A DNA stretch of 64,000 nt, from the NCBI GenBank assembly GCA_039915165.1, contig JBDSNU010000007.1, positions 16,658 to 80,657 on the forward strand, read 5' to 3'. The stretch comes from Minisyncoccota bacterium (GTDB taxonomy: Bacteria; Patescibacteriota; Minisyncoccia; Phycocordibacterales; UBA9973). The notes beneath the pieces are model-generated. The model did not search any database. It had not been told where the DNA came from and was given only the letters and a program-made list of their open reading frames with translations. Below, piece by piece: positions 9,417-17,853 of the stretch. Every line of letters begins with the position of its first letter. Position 1 is the first letter of the stretch. Made by a program: the position numbers and the translations under genes.

Positions 9417-10890
9417 TAAGTACTACAATATCTCCCGCATGCAATCCAGATGTAATTTCTACAATACTATCACTACCACGAAGGCCAGTGGTTACCGCGG
9501 TCTGAGTAGTTTTTTTATTTGCTGCAATATACACATACGAACCACGATCATCAGTATGAATATATGATACTGGCAAGGTAAGTACGCCGTCTTTTTGACC
9601 AACACCGATAGTAGCAGTTGCCGTCATACCAGAGCGAATTCGTGGATCAATCTTTGTAAATGCAACTTTTGTTTGGTATACCGGTACGCCGTCAACAATT
9701 GTTTCTGCTGGGTTGATACTACTGATCACACCAGGAAATGTTTCTGAATTAAATGCATCCAGTGACAAAGAAACACTTTGCCCAACAGCGATCGAGGCAA
9801 CATCTATTTCTGGAGTTTTAAGAACAACTTCATAATCACTCTGAGAGATAACAGAAATATTCGCATTACCTGTATCACCATTACTTGCACTCGCATTAAA
9901 TGAATTGGTAGTTTGACCAGGCTTTACATTTACCGCAGCCACTATGCCATTAAAAGGGGCAATAATTTCACGCTTAGCAATTGATGCGTAGATAGCGTCT
10001 ACATTTGCTTGTGCTTGTGCAATTTGCGCAGCAGATACTGACTGGTTTGCATTATTCGAAGCAAGGGAAGCATTTGCAGCAGTGATTGCTTGTGTACGGG
10101 TAGTAACAGCAGCGTTATATGCACTGAGATCTGCTGTATAAGTTGGAGACTTAGTATTAGGTATTGAAACAATCCAGTCGCTACCGCCATATGTCGCACC
10201 AGCAGCAAATTGAATATACAAACCGTGAGTACCAAGTGGTACTGAAGTAGTAGTTGCTGCTTCTTGTGTTAAGCCAGTTTCCAATCCTGAAACATCAAAC
10301 GAAGAACCAGAACTTGATCCGGATGAATATACATGAATGACGTATTGTCCTTCCAGTCCTTTATAGCTGCCACTAACAGTTGGAGCGGGCGCCTGCACTG
10401 TGAGATTTTTGGGTACAGCTTGTAAATGATTTGAGAGTAATGCATTGTGAGCATTTTCTACCAAGGTATCTTGTTGAGCACTCACTGTAGCGACATTAAT
10501 AGTAGTATTCGCATTATTTGCTTTTGCGATAACAAGTGCAGCTTGGGCACTTTTTAAACTGGCACGAAGGTCTGCTGTATCAAGAATAGCGAGTACTTGT
10601 CCAGCATGAACTTTGTCTCCTTCTTTTACAGTAATAGTTGCCACACGACCTTGGTCTGCAAAACCAAGATTAACAGCACTCGCTGATTGAGTGGTACCTG
10701 ACAATACTACTGAACTTACGACATTTCCTTGTTGTACTGTAGTTGAAACAACCTCCTTATGACCACCACGGAATAGTAAGATTATTACACCAATAATAAC
10801 AACTGCTCCAATTACACTTATAATTCGCTTTTTTGTGCTCGCATTTGACCACCACTGTTTAATACTTTTCATTTCTGGAGTATAGCACAA
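9406..10890 (-). CDS. membrane-fusion/periplasmic adaptor subunit (HlyD/MacA/DevB-like) with long low-complexity insertion
   Basis: N-terminal TM and a biotin-lipoyl-like hairpin (VKEGDKVHAGQVLAIL). The coiled-coil region is interrupted by an insert of about 150 aa rich in Ser, Gly, Ala and Thr. C-terminal beta-barrel region. The real start may be the Met at 10872. Confidence 0.7.
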   Translation of the reverse strand: MCYTPEMKSIKQWWSNASTKKRIISVIGAVVIIGVIILLFRGGHKEVVSTTVQQGNVVSSVVLSGTTQSASAVNLGFADQGRVATITVKEGDKVHAGQVLAILDTADLRASLKSAQAALVIAKANNANTTINVATVSAQQDTLVENAHNALLSNHLQAVPKNLTVQAPAPTVSGSYKGLEGQYVIHVYSSGSSSGSSFDVSGLETGLTQEAATTTSVPLGTHGLYIQFAAGATYGGSDWIVSIPNTKSPTYTADLSAYNAAVTTRTQAITAANASLASNNANQSVSAAQIAQAQANVDAIYASIAKREIIAPFNGIVAAVNVKPGQTTNSFNASASNGDTGNANISVISQSDYEVVLKTPEIDVASIAVGQSVSLSLDAFNSETFPGVISSINPAETIVDGVPVYQTKVAFTKIDPRIRSGMTATATIGVGQKDGVLTLPVSYIHTDDRGSYVYIAANKKTTQTAVTTGLRGSDSIVEITSGLHAGDIVVLNAQ

Positions 10891-10917
10891 CTATGGACTT
10901 TTTCAAATTTTGTTTTG

Positions 10918-11241
10918 TTATTTAGATTGAAAGTTTTCAGCAAATTTTTCGATTTTTTTAGCAATAGGGACTAATTCTTTACCCTGAGCAGTAAGTGCGT
11001 AGTAAACACAGACTTTATCTTCAGGGCTTTTTGTACGAGTGATAATGCCTAATGATTCTAGTTTTTTCAAGCGGGAAGTGAGGGTTACCGGATTACTGTC
11101 ACCCAAGATGCGTTCAATTTCGCAAAAACGTCTACTAGTTGAGCCAATAGCCATGACTATAGTCATAGTCCAGTAATCGCCAATAACCTTCATGATAGAA
11201 GGGCAGGCTAGGGCAGATGATTGTTGTTGACTGGTTTTCAT
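10918..11241 (-). CDS. HxlR-family winged-helix transcriptional regulator
   Basis: CPxxxxLxxxGxxW-type N-terminus (CPSIMKVIGDYW) and an HxlR recognition-helix region. 107 aa, divergent from a nitroreductase gene. Confidence 0.8.
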   Translation of the reverse strand: MKTSQQQSSALACPSIMKVIGDYWTMTIVMAIGSTSRRFCEIERILGDSNPVTLTSRLKKLESLGIITRTKSPEDKVCVYYALTAQGKELVPIAKKIEKFAENFQSK

Positions 11242-11257
11242 ATGGTGCTATACTTTC

Positions 11258-11269
11258 TATAGTACTATA
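11258..11269. promoter_or_regulatory. perfect 12-bp palindrome TATAGTACTATA in the hxlR/nitroreductase divergent intergenic region (candidate operator)
   Basis: Self-complementary dodecamer, centred in a 70-nt divergent promoter region. Confidence 0.4.
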
Positions 11270-11311
11270 ATATCTTAAGTACCTTATTAGTCAATATAAT
11301 AAATATAGTAT

Positions 11312-11923
11312 ATGAAATCAGAAGAAATAACAAAGGCTTTGCAATGGCGCTATGCAGTGAAGACATTCGATACAGAAAAGAAAGTAAGCGATGCAGACCT
11401 TACTACCATCCTTGAAAGCGCACGTTTGGCACCAAGTACTATTGGACTTGAACCATGGAAATTCATCGTAGTAAACAATCCAGAGATTCGCGCAAAAATT
11501 CGCGCTGCTGGATACGATCAAACAAAGATCACTGACGCATCACACTTAGTAGTGATCACATACCGTACTGATCGTGACAATCTGGCGCAAGAATTAATTG
11601 ATCGAACATCAAACACGCAAGGAAAAACTATAGAAGAACTAGCGGGTCTTGCTCAAATGGCTACTGACAGCGCAACACGGTCAGACCTCAAAGCTCAAAC
11701 CTATATTGCACTCGGTATGATGATTGAAACAGCTGCATTGTTAGGTGTGGATACTGGGCCGATGGAAGGATTTGATCCAGCGCAAGTTGATGAAATCTTA
11801 GGGCTGAAAGATAAACACCTGGCATCAGCTACACTATTAGCAATTGGATATCGGGGCGAGGATCCACATGCCGCTCTACCGAAGACTCGCCGCTCAATTG
11901 AAGATGTAATAGAAATGATATAA
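11312..11923 (+). CDS. NAD(P)H nitroreductase family protein
   Basis: N-terminal RYAVKTFD with the conserved SARLAPSTIGLEPWKF nitroreductase-fold signature. 203 aa. Confidence 0.85.
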   Translation: MKSEEITKALQWRYAVKTFDTEKKVSDADLTTILESARLAPSTIGLEPWKFIVVNNPEIRAKIRAAGYDQTKITDASHLVVITYRTDRDNLAQELIDRTSNTQGKTIEELAGLAQMATDSATRSDLKAQTYIALGMMIETAALLGVDTGPMEGFDPAQVDEILGLKDKHLASATLLAIGYRGEDPHAALPKTRRSIEDVIEMI

Positions 11924-11930
11924 TAAAAAT

Positions 11931-12641
11931 ATGAATACAGTTCAAGACAAAGTAATTATTGTAACAGGTGCCAGTGCAGGTATTGGCCTAGCAACAGCAA
12001 AACTATTGGCACAACATGGCGCAAAAGTAGCACTAGCTGCCCGTTCTGCTGATGTACTAAATAAACTCACAGAAGAATTACCTGGTTCATTTGCAGTACC
12101 TACTGATATGACAAAAGAAAGTGATATCAAGGAAATGATCCAAAAAGTGCATCAGCATTTTGGTAAAATCGATGTATTGGTAAATAATGCGGAGCAGGGA
12201 TTGTATGCTGCAATTGCAGATGTAGACATTGAGGCATATATGAGCATCATCCAGCTCAACGTCATTGGCCCACTTGTTGCCATGCAGCAAGTTATCCCAA
12301 TCATGAAAGAGCAGGGTGAGGGACATATTTTGAATATTAGTTCACTAGTATCAAAAAATTATTTTCCTATGCTTGGAGCATATGCATCTACAAAATATGC
12401 ACTTAATGCGCTTTCATTAACTGCTCGTACAGAACTCGAAGGAGATAATATTATTGTGAATGTTATGCATCCAGGACTCACTGCAACTGAATTTGGTAAA
12501 AACTCTCACAAATCAGAAACAGCGGTACAAGATATGTCAGAACGCTTTAAAGGCATGCCTGAAGCTGACACAGCAGAATACATTGCAGAACGTATCTTGC
12601 TTGCAATCGAAACAGGTGATGCTGAAGTAATGGCTCACTAA
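11931..12641 (+). CDS. SDR-family short-chain dehydrogenase/reductase
   Basis: TGASAGIG cofactor motif, NNAE (NNAG-like) segment, and catalytic S-YxxxK (SS...YASTK). Confidence 0.85.
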   Translation: MNTVQDKVIIVTGASAGIGLATAKLLAQHGAKVALAARSADVLNKLTEELPGSFAVPTDMTKESDIKEMIQKVHQHFGKIDVLVNNAEQGLYAAIADVDIEAYMSIIQLNVIGPLVAMQQVIPIMKEQGEGHILNISSLVSKNYFPMLGAYASTKYALNALSLTARTELEGDNIIVNVMHPGLTATEFGKNSHKSETAVQDMSERFKGMPEADTAEYIAERILLAIETGDAEVMAH

Positions 12642-12662
12642 TAATCAATTATATACAATGAC

Positions 12663-12698
12663 TAAAAAAAATACCGCACATAGCGGTATTTTTTATGA
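12663..12698 (+). terminator. intrinsic terminator after the SDR gene
   Basis: Stem ATACCGC/GCGGTAT followed by TTTTTT. Confidence 0.6.
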
Positions 12699-12757
12699 CT
12701 ATATAAAACAAATAAAGAGGGTAATGTTGCAAGTAAGTACTGTGCTAAAATACAGGT

Positions 12758-13513
12758 ATGAAAAAACAGGCAATTATTACTACAGTAGTAGTACTCATCG
12801 TTATTGCAATTGCAGTAGTGGGATATGTTCATTATAAGAATATATCAGTGACTACTAGTCCAGTGATTAGCAATAATACCCCTGAGACATCAAAGACTAT
12901 TACTATAAGTACAGAGCGTATTGATGAAGATACTTTCACTGGAACAAAACCAGTACTTATCGGATCGGGTACATTAGCAAATACTGCACGCAAGTATATA
13001 GTGGACTCTATTACTACTTTTGCTGCGCAAGCTGACAAAGAAGTTCCATCATTGCGCCAAGAATACGGCAATGACGCACCTTCCGCACAATACACTATTG
13101 ATATTAATGCTAAAGAAATCGATAGTAGTACTACTCAATCACTCATAATTGATTCATATCTTTATATGGGAGGCGCAAATGGCAGTAGTATGTACAAAGC
13201 ATTTACTACACGATCAAGTAACGGCGATCTTATTGCCATTCGTGATCTAGTAAAACCAACTAGGCAAAAAGCATTTGTGCCATTTATGCAAAAAAAGTTA
13301 CTGACATGGCGGCCCGATGGTACTGACCAGCCAATGATTTTTGAAGATGAAATAAAAAATCTTACAATCGATTCTTTTAGTAATTTTTCTCTTGATGATA
13401 AAAATCTAACTATATACTTCGATAAATACCAAATAGGTCCTGGGGCATTGGGGGCTGTTGCATTTCCTATCCCGCTTACACTATTAAAAGACTATATTCT
13501 ATTACCTCAATAA
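12758..13513 (+). CDS. membrane-anchored DUF3298/DUF4163-like protein (RsiV ectodomain-like)
   Basis: N-terminal TM. YMGGANG motif at the position of the DUF3298 YTGGAHG signature. A paralog at 46572-47351 has YTGGAHG. Confidence 0.55.
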   Translation: MKKQAIITTVVVLIVIAIAVVGYVHYKNISVTTSPVISNNTPETSKTITISTERIDEDTFTGTKPVLIGSGTLANTARKYIVDSITTFAAQADKEVPSLRQEYGNDAPSAQYTIDINAKEIDSSTTQSLIIDSYLYMGGANGSSMYKAFTTRSSNGDLIAIRDLVKPTRQKAFVPFMQKKLLTWRPDGTDQPMIFEDEIKNLTIDSFSNFSLDDKNLTIYFDKYQIGPGALGAVAFPIPLTLLKDYILLPQ

Positions 13514-13545
13514 AAAAGAGCCCTTATGTGGGCTCTTTTATTAAT
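13512..13545. terminator. bidirectional terminator between the DUF3298 gene and the sigma-factor gene
   Basis: AAAAAAGAGCCC-TTATGT-GGGCTCTTTTATT. Confidence 0.6.
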
Positions 13546-14132
13546 TGCTGTTTAATGTTCATTCGTGCCAATCGAATGGATGTTTTCACGGTACCAAGAG
13601 GGATCTTTAATTCTTCTGCGATCTCAGCATTTGTCATTTGCTGTAAAACCGTAAGCCGCAGGATTTTCCTATGCTGTTTCGGTAGTGACATTGTTATGGT
13701 ATCGAAGTCAATTAAAACATCATTGAGAGTAGCGGTTCGATCATCTGGAATTTCCATACTTGAACCATAGATACTATTCGTTATACGGCGTTTTTTGGCA
13801 TCCTTAATACGAAGAAAATCAATTGCGGAATTTCTTGCAACATTGATGACAATAGTTGAAAATGTGGCTTTTGTAACATCGAAGCGTTTCGCTTCAATAT
13901 ATATACTTAATTTCAACATAACATCTTGTAATACGTCTTTCGCATCTTCTACACTAGGCAACATTTTACTTAGATTACTAATTATAGACATTTTATATCT
14001 ATAATAAATTTCAGTGAAGGCGTTTTTATCGCCTGCAAGATAGTCTGCCACTAGCCAATGCACATCTCTTTGGTCTTTTATTTTCATTATAATATTTTTT
14101 CTTAACAATACATTACATTTAAATATTGTCAA
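13524..14132 (-). CDS. sigma-70 family RNA polymerase sigma factor (ECF-like, regions 2 and 4)
   Basis: Region-2-like DxxAFxxIYxRY segment and a C-terminal region-4 HTH (MTNAEIAEELKIPLGTVKTSI). The listed start is a TTG. An internal ATG at 14087 is an alternative start. Confidence 0.7.
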   Translation of the reverse strand: MTIFKCNVLLRKNIIMKIKDQRDVHWLVADYLAGDKNAFTEIYYRYKMSIISNLSKMLPSVEDAKDVLQDVMLKLSIYIEAKRFDVTKATFSTIVINVARNSAIDFLRIKDAKKRRITNSIYGSSMEIPDDRTATLNDVLIDFDTITMSLPKQHRKILRLTVLQQMTNAEIAEELKIPLGTVKTSIRLARMNIKQQLIKEPT

Positions 14133-14157
14133 CTTTTACAACTGCTATACTAACACC

Positions 14158-15396
14158 ATGAATCCTGTAGAAATATACAGTGTATCTGAATTTATTCAGC
14201 GCATTAATATTGAATTAGACAATCTCCCAGGACAAGTAATAGGGGAGGTCAGCGAATTAAAAATGGCATCTAGTGGTCATGCGTATTTCACACTGAAGGA
14301 TAAGGACACTGGCTTTGTATTGCCATGTACTATCTGGGCGCGTGACTATATGCTTTCGAGTGTTGAACTAGAATTAGGAATGGAGGTGGCAGTAACAGGC
14401 AAGGCAAACTATTACGGACCATTCGGCAAACTTTCTTTTAATGCCAAAACAGTTGAACTAGTAGGGGAAGGTGCATTAAAAAAAGCATATGATAAATTAA
14501 AGAAAAAACTCATTGAAGAAGGGCTTTTTGCCGCTGAAAAGAAACGACCGCTGCCTTTATTTCCACAAAAAATAGGCGTTATCACTTCATTGCATGGGGC
14601 TGTGATTCATGACTTCAGTAACAATCTGGGGAAATTCGGTTTTGTATTATCGGTTCTTAATTCTAAAGTTGAAGGTCCGGAATCAGGGAGAGAGTTAGCG
14701 CTATCAGTACGAGCGATGCGATCAGAAGATATAGATATACTTGTTATTATTCGAGGAGGAGGATCAATCCAGTCGTTAGCCGGCTTTGATAACGAGATGC
14801 TGGTGCGAGAAATTGCCACCTTTCCAGTGCCAGTACTAGCAGGTGTTGGTCATCATCAAGATGTAACACTTGCGGCTCTTGCTGCTGACGTAGCAGAATC
14901 AACCCCATCATTGGTCGCTACATTGATAAATACATCATGGGTACAAGCAACGCAATCACTCGATCAGTCAGAGCGCTTGATTATAACTACTTTCGAAAAT
15001 AATATCGGCACTACAAGGAGAATTATCGATAGAACATTTACGACTATAAAAGACACATTGGAAGAAATATTATCTACCTATACAAAAGCAAAGAACGCTG
15101 TAAGTACTGCCATAACTTCATTAGAGTATGAGTTCAAAAGAATATTTGAAAAAATATCTAGTAATGGAACCCAGATTTTAAATAACTATCAGCAAAAGCT
15201 GGTCCAGACAAAAACAATTATCGATGCCTCTGCTCGTTTTATGCAGGCACATAGTCCAGAACATCAACTAAAATTTGGCTATAGTATTATTTACAAAAAT
15301 GGTAAAATAATTCGATCAACAAAAGATGTTAAAAGTGAGGATATACTTGAATTACAAGTCTCAGATGGCATTATTACCACAACAGTAACAAAATAA
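14158..15396 (+). CDS. xseA: exodeoxyribonuclease VII large subunit
   Basis: N-terminal OB fold (VIGEVSEL...GHAYFTLKD) and the conserved ExoVII_L catalytic core. 412 aa. Confidence 0.9.
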   Translation: MNPVEIYSVSEFIQRINIELDNLPGQVIGEVSELKMASSGHAYFTLKDKDTGFVLPCTIWARDYMLSSVELELGMEVAVTGKANYYGPFGKLSFNAKTVELVGEGALKKAYDKLKKKLIEEGLFAAEKKRPLPLFPQKIGVITSLHGAVIHDFSNNLGKFGFVLSVLNSKVEGPESGRELALSVRAMRSEDIDILVIIRGGGSIQSLAGFDNEMLVREIATFPVPVLAGVGHHQDVTLAALAADVAESTPSLVATLINTSWVQATQSLDQSERLIITTFENNIGTTRRIIDRTFTTIKDTLEEILSTYTKAKNAVSTAITSLEYEFKRIFEKISSNGTQILNNYQQKLVQTKTIIDASARFMQAHSPEHQLKFGYSIIYKNGKIIRSTKDVKSEDILELQVSDGIITTTVTK

Positions 15397-15407
15397 CATA
15401 TAACAAC

Positions 15408-15632
15408 ATGGCTACAACAAAGAAAACCGATACTATTGATCTCAGTAAAAATTTAGAAGCACTTTCATCTATCGCGAATTGGTTCGATGATCAAGAAGAA
15501 ATTGATATCGAAAAAGGTCTCACCAAGGTAAAAGAGGCCGCATCACTTATCAAGGCAAGTCGAGCTCGCCTGCAAGACATCGAAAATGAATTCAAAGAAA
15601 TCAAAAAAGATATTGAAAAGGAGTTGGACTAA
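15408..15632 (+). CDS. xseB: exodeoxyribonuclease VII small subunit
   Basis: 74-aa helical protein immediately downstream of xseA, with the typical FEEAL-like start (FDDQEEIDIEKGL). Confidence 0.8.
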   Translation: MATTKKTDTIDLSKNLEALSSIANWFDDQEEIDIEKGLTKVKEAASLIKASRARLQDIENEFKEIKKDIEKELD

Positions 15633-15688
15633 TCTATTCTCTAGGAAATGCGATATACTATAATTATTAGTACCTAAACGAGAACGAT

Positions 15689-15970
15689 ATGATAGACCCA
15701 ACAAATGTAGACTTTAACCAATTACCAAAGAAATTCTGTGATGGTGCTGTTGGAGCATATGGCAAAGAAGCATTTTCATTTGCGCTTACTTCAGGCAATA
15801 CACTTGATTCATATGCAACGACACCACAAGTAATGAAAAGTATTGCGCAGTGGGCTACTGCTCAAATACAAAATTACGAGAAACAATTTGGTGAAATAGA
15901 TATGACACCACCTCAGATCCAGAGTCCTATACAAAGAGCAGACCTCTCAGATAATTCTTCAACAATATAA
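15689..15970 (+). CDS. hypothetical protein (93 aa)
   Basis: ORF only. Confidence 0.35.
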   Translation: MIDPTNVDFNQLPKKFCDGAVGAYGKEAFSFALTSGNTLDSYATTPQVMKSIAQWATAQIQNYEKQFGEIDMTPPQIQSPIQRADLSDNSSTI

Positions 15971-15980
15971 TATTCAATTT

Positions 15981-16499
15981 ATGAAAAAAACTGTAGTAAT
16001 TATTCTGATCATCCTTGTTATTCTTTTTGGGGGATTATTGCTTTCTCACAACGATCCAAGTACGACTGTTATTGCCCCAAGTGTTACTGACACTTCTATG
16101 CCGACAAACACTGTGCCCGATACAATCAATCAGCCCGTACCATCAACTGATGGAACACGAGTAAAAGGTCCTGAACGAAAAACTATTGCTATTGGCGCTA
16201 GTGCGGAACTAGCGGGTATGATTATCAAAGTTACATCGCTCGCTCAAGATAGTCGCTGCCCAACACAAGTGACTTGTATCCAAGCAGGATCAGTAGGTAT
16301 CCATGCAACAGTAACAAAAGGAGGAGTAACTGTTGATCATGATTTCGCTTCTAATACAGCACCCTTTGTATTCGAAGGCTATAGTATTGCTATGGTAAAT
16401 GTTACCCCGGTACCAACGACAGGTGCTAATGCGATTAAGCTGTCAGACTATCGTCTAACATTTGAAGCAACTCCAACAGCAAAAGGGGACACTATTTAA
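15981..16499 (+). CDS. hypothetical exported/membrane-anchored protein (172 aa)
   Basis: N-terminal hydrophobic segment, then a Thr/Pro-rich linker. Confidence 0.4.
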   Translation: MKKTVVIILIILVILFGGLLLSHNDPSTTVIAPSVTDTSMPTNTVPDTINQPVPSTDGTRVKGPERKTIAIGASAELAGMIIKVTSLAQDSRCPTQVTCIQAGSVGIHATVTKGGVTVDHDFASNTAPFVFEGYSIAMVNVTPVPTTGANAIKLSDYRLTFEATPTAKGDTI

Positions 16500-16945
16500 T
16501 ATTCTTCTTGAATCAATTCGTCATTAGGACCTCGACGTAACTGCTTCTTGTTGAAAATATATTTCAGCACAGTAAGCGGTTTTCTCGTTTTTAAGTACTG
16601 TTCATTGCGAGCGTTGCGGTGTGCTTCTTGTTCCATAGCGCTGTAATAGTAGACCTGTCGTGCATCAAGTTTCTTTACAAACTTTGCATAGAGAAATTCA
16701 TAGAGATATAACATAATTGCGCCAACTAACAATAATTCCAATTGCTGGCGGATATGTATTGTTTCGTGACGGATGAGTTCTTTATTGGGCCGTGTAATAC
16801 GACGCACAAAAATAAAAGGAAAAACTGTAATAGCCATAGCATTATCTCCCAGTGAAATAAGTCGCCCCAGTCGTCGAACAATAGTATCTGAGATGATGAT
16901 AAAAAAGTAGCCTTTGTATTCAACTTTCATATGCGCATTATACAT
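16496..16945 (-). CDS. DUF4157-like zincin-fold protein with HExxHxxQQ motif (149 aa)
   Basis: RHETIHIRQQ matches the DUF4157 hallmark HELxHVxQQ. One hydrophobic helix. Confidence 0.5.
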   Translation of the reverse strand: MYNAHMKVEYKGYFFIIISDTIVRRLGRLISLGDNAMAITVFPFIFVRRITRPNKELIRHETIHIRQQLELLLVGAIMLYLYEFLYAKFVKKLDARQVYYYSAMEQEAHRNARNEQYLKTRKPLTVLKYIFNKKQLRRGPNDELIQEEY

Positions 16946-16981
16946 ATAAACCGATAGATATAACCATGGTATAATAGTGGC

Positions 16982-17293
16982 ATGTTTACATATTGGGGAT
17001 ACAACTACGGTAATTACGGCATCGCCGGAACACTACTATATATATTTATTATAATCATTATTATTATCACTGTGATTGAGGTTATCAGTGCATTATTAAG
17101 TCACTCACGACCACGAACACCACTTCCGCCACCAGTAGTACCTCCGGCCCCTGTGCCACCTATCATTACTCCATTGCATACAGTAGAGAAGTCGCCATTA
17201 GAAATTCTCAATGACCGATATGCTCGTGGTGAAATCAACAAAGAAGAGTACGATCAAAAGAAACTTGATATTACTCATACTCACCAGATGTAA
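16982..17293 (+). CDS. SHOCT-domain membrane protein
   Basis: N-terminal TM, Pro-rich linker, and a C-terminal SHOCT-like segment (LNDRYARGEINKEEYDQKK). Confidence 0.6.
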   Translation: MFTYWGYNYGNYGIAGTLLYIFIIIIIIITVIEVISALLSHSRPRTPLPPPVVPPAPVPPIITPLHTVEKSPLEILNDRYARGEINKEEYDQKKLDITHTHQM

Positions 17294-17379
17294 TAATAAA
17301 AGCCACCTTATGCGGGTGGTTTTTTGTTTGAGAACACTTTGCTTCATTACTTGACTTTGTCAATAGGTAGGGTAAAGTA

Positions 17380-17757
17380 GTGAAAAATAAAAATATGGCA
17401 GAGCGAATTTTTCTCCTTACAGACAAAGAGTTGGACTTAGTAAAAAGTTCAAACATTGAAGATAAGATAACCGGACTGACGGGTAAAACTTTTGATGAGG
17501 CGTGGCGATATATGAATGATTATGGTGGTTTTCAAATGACCACAGATCAACAACAAGATGGCCATATTATAGTTGGATATCGAGTGCATACATCCGATAC
17601 TCCGCACCCTGAACCTGTTGAAGGTATTCCGCAAGATATTCTTGAATTTTTACACAATCCGCCTCCAGCAGACGATGAACATTTCATAATTTTATTGTCA
17701 TTAAATAAAAAGGCGTATCAAAAAATGTATCGATCAATGTTTACTTCGCGACTTTAG
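17380..17757 (+). CDS. hypothetical protein (125 aa)
   Basis: ORF followed by a hairpin terminator at 17768-17800. Confidence 0.35.
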   Translation: MKNKNMAERIFLLTDKELDLVKSSNIEDKITGLTGKTFDEAWRYMNDYGGFQMTTDQQQDGHIIVGYRVHTSDTPHPEPVEGIPQDILEFLHNPPPADDEHFIILLSLNKKAYQKMYRSMFTSRL

Positions 17758-17803
17758 TAACCTCTTCAAAAAAGCCCCTTGTATATAAGGGGCTTTGTTA
17801 ATT

Positions 17804-17832
17804 TTGACTATTATGTCTATATCCTATAGTAT
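17804..17832 (+). promoter_or_regulatory. sigma-70-like promoter (TTGACT ... TATAGT/TAGTAT) for the 396-aa gene
   Basis: Near-consensus -35 hexamer and a -10-like hexamer 15-17 nt downstream. It sits 22 nt upstream of the ATG with no SD sequence. Confidence 0.45.
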
Positions 17833-17853
17833 CGAGAAAAAGATCTTTAAACT

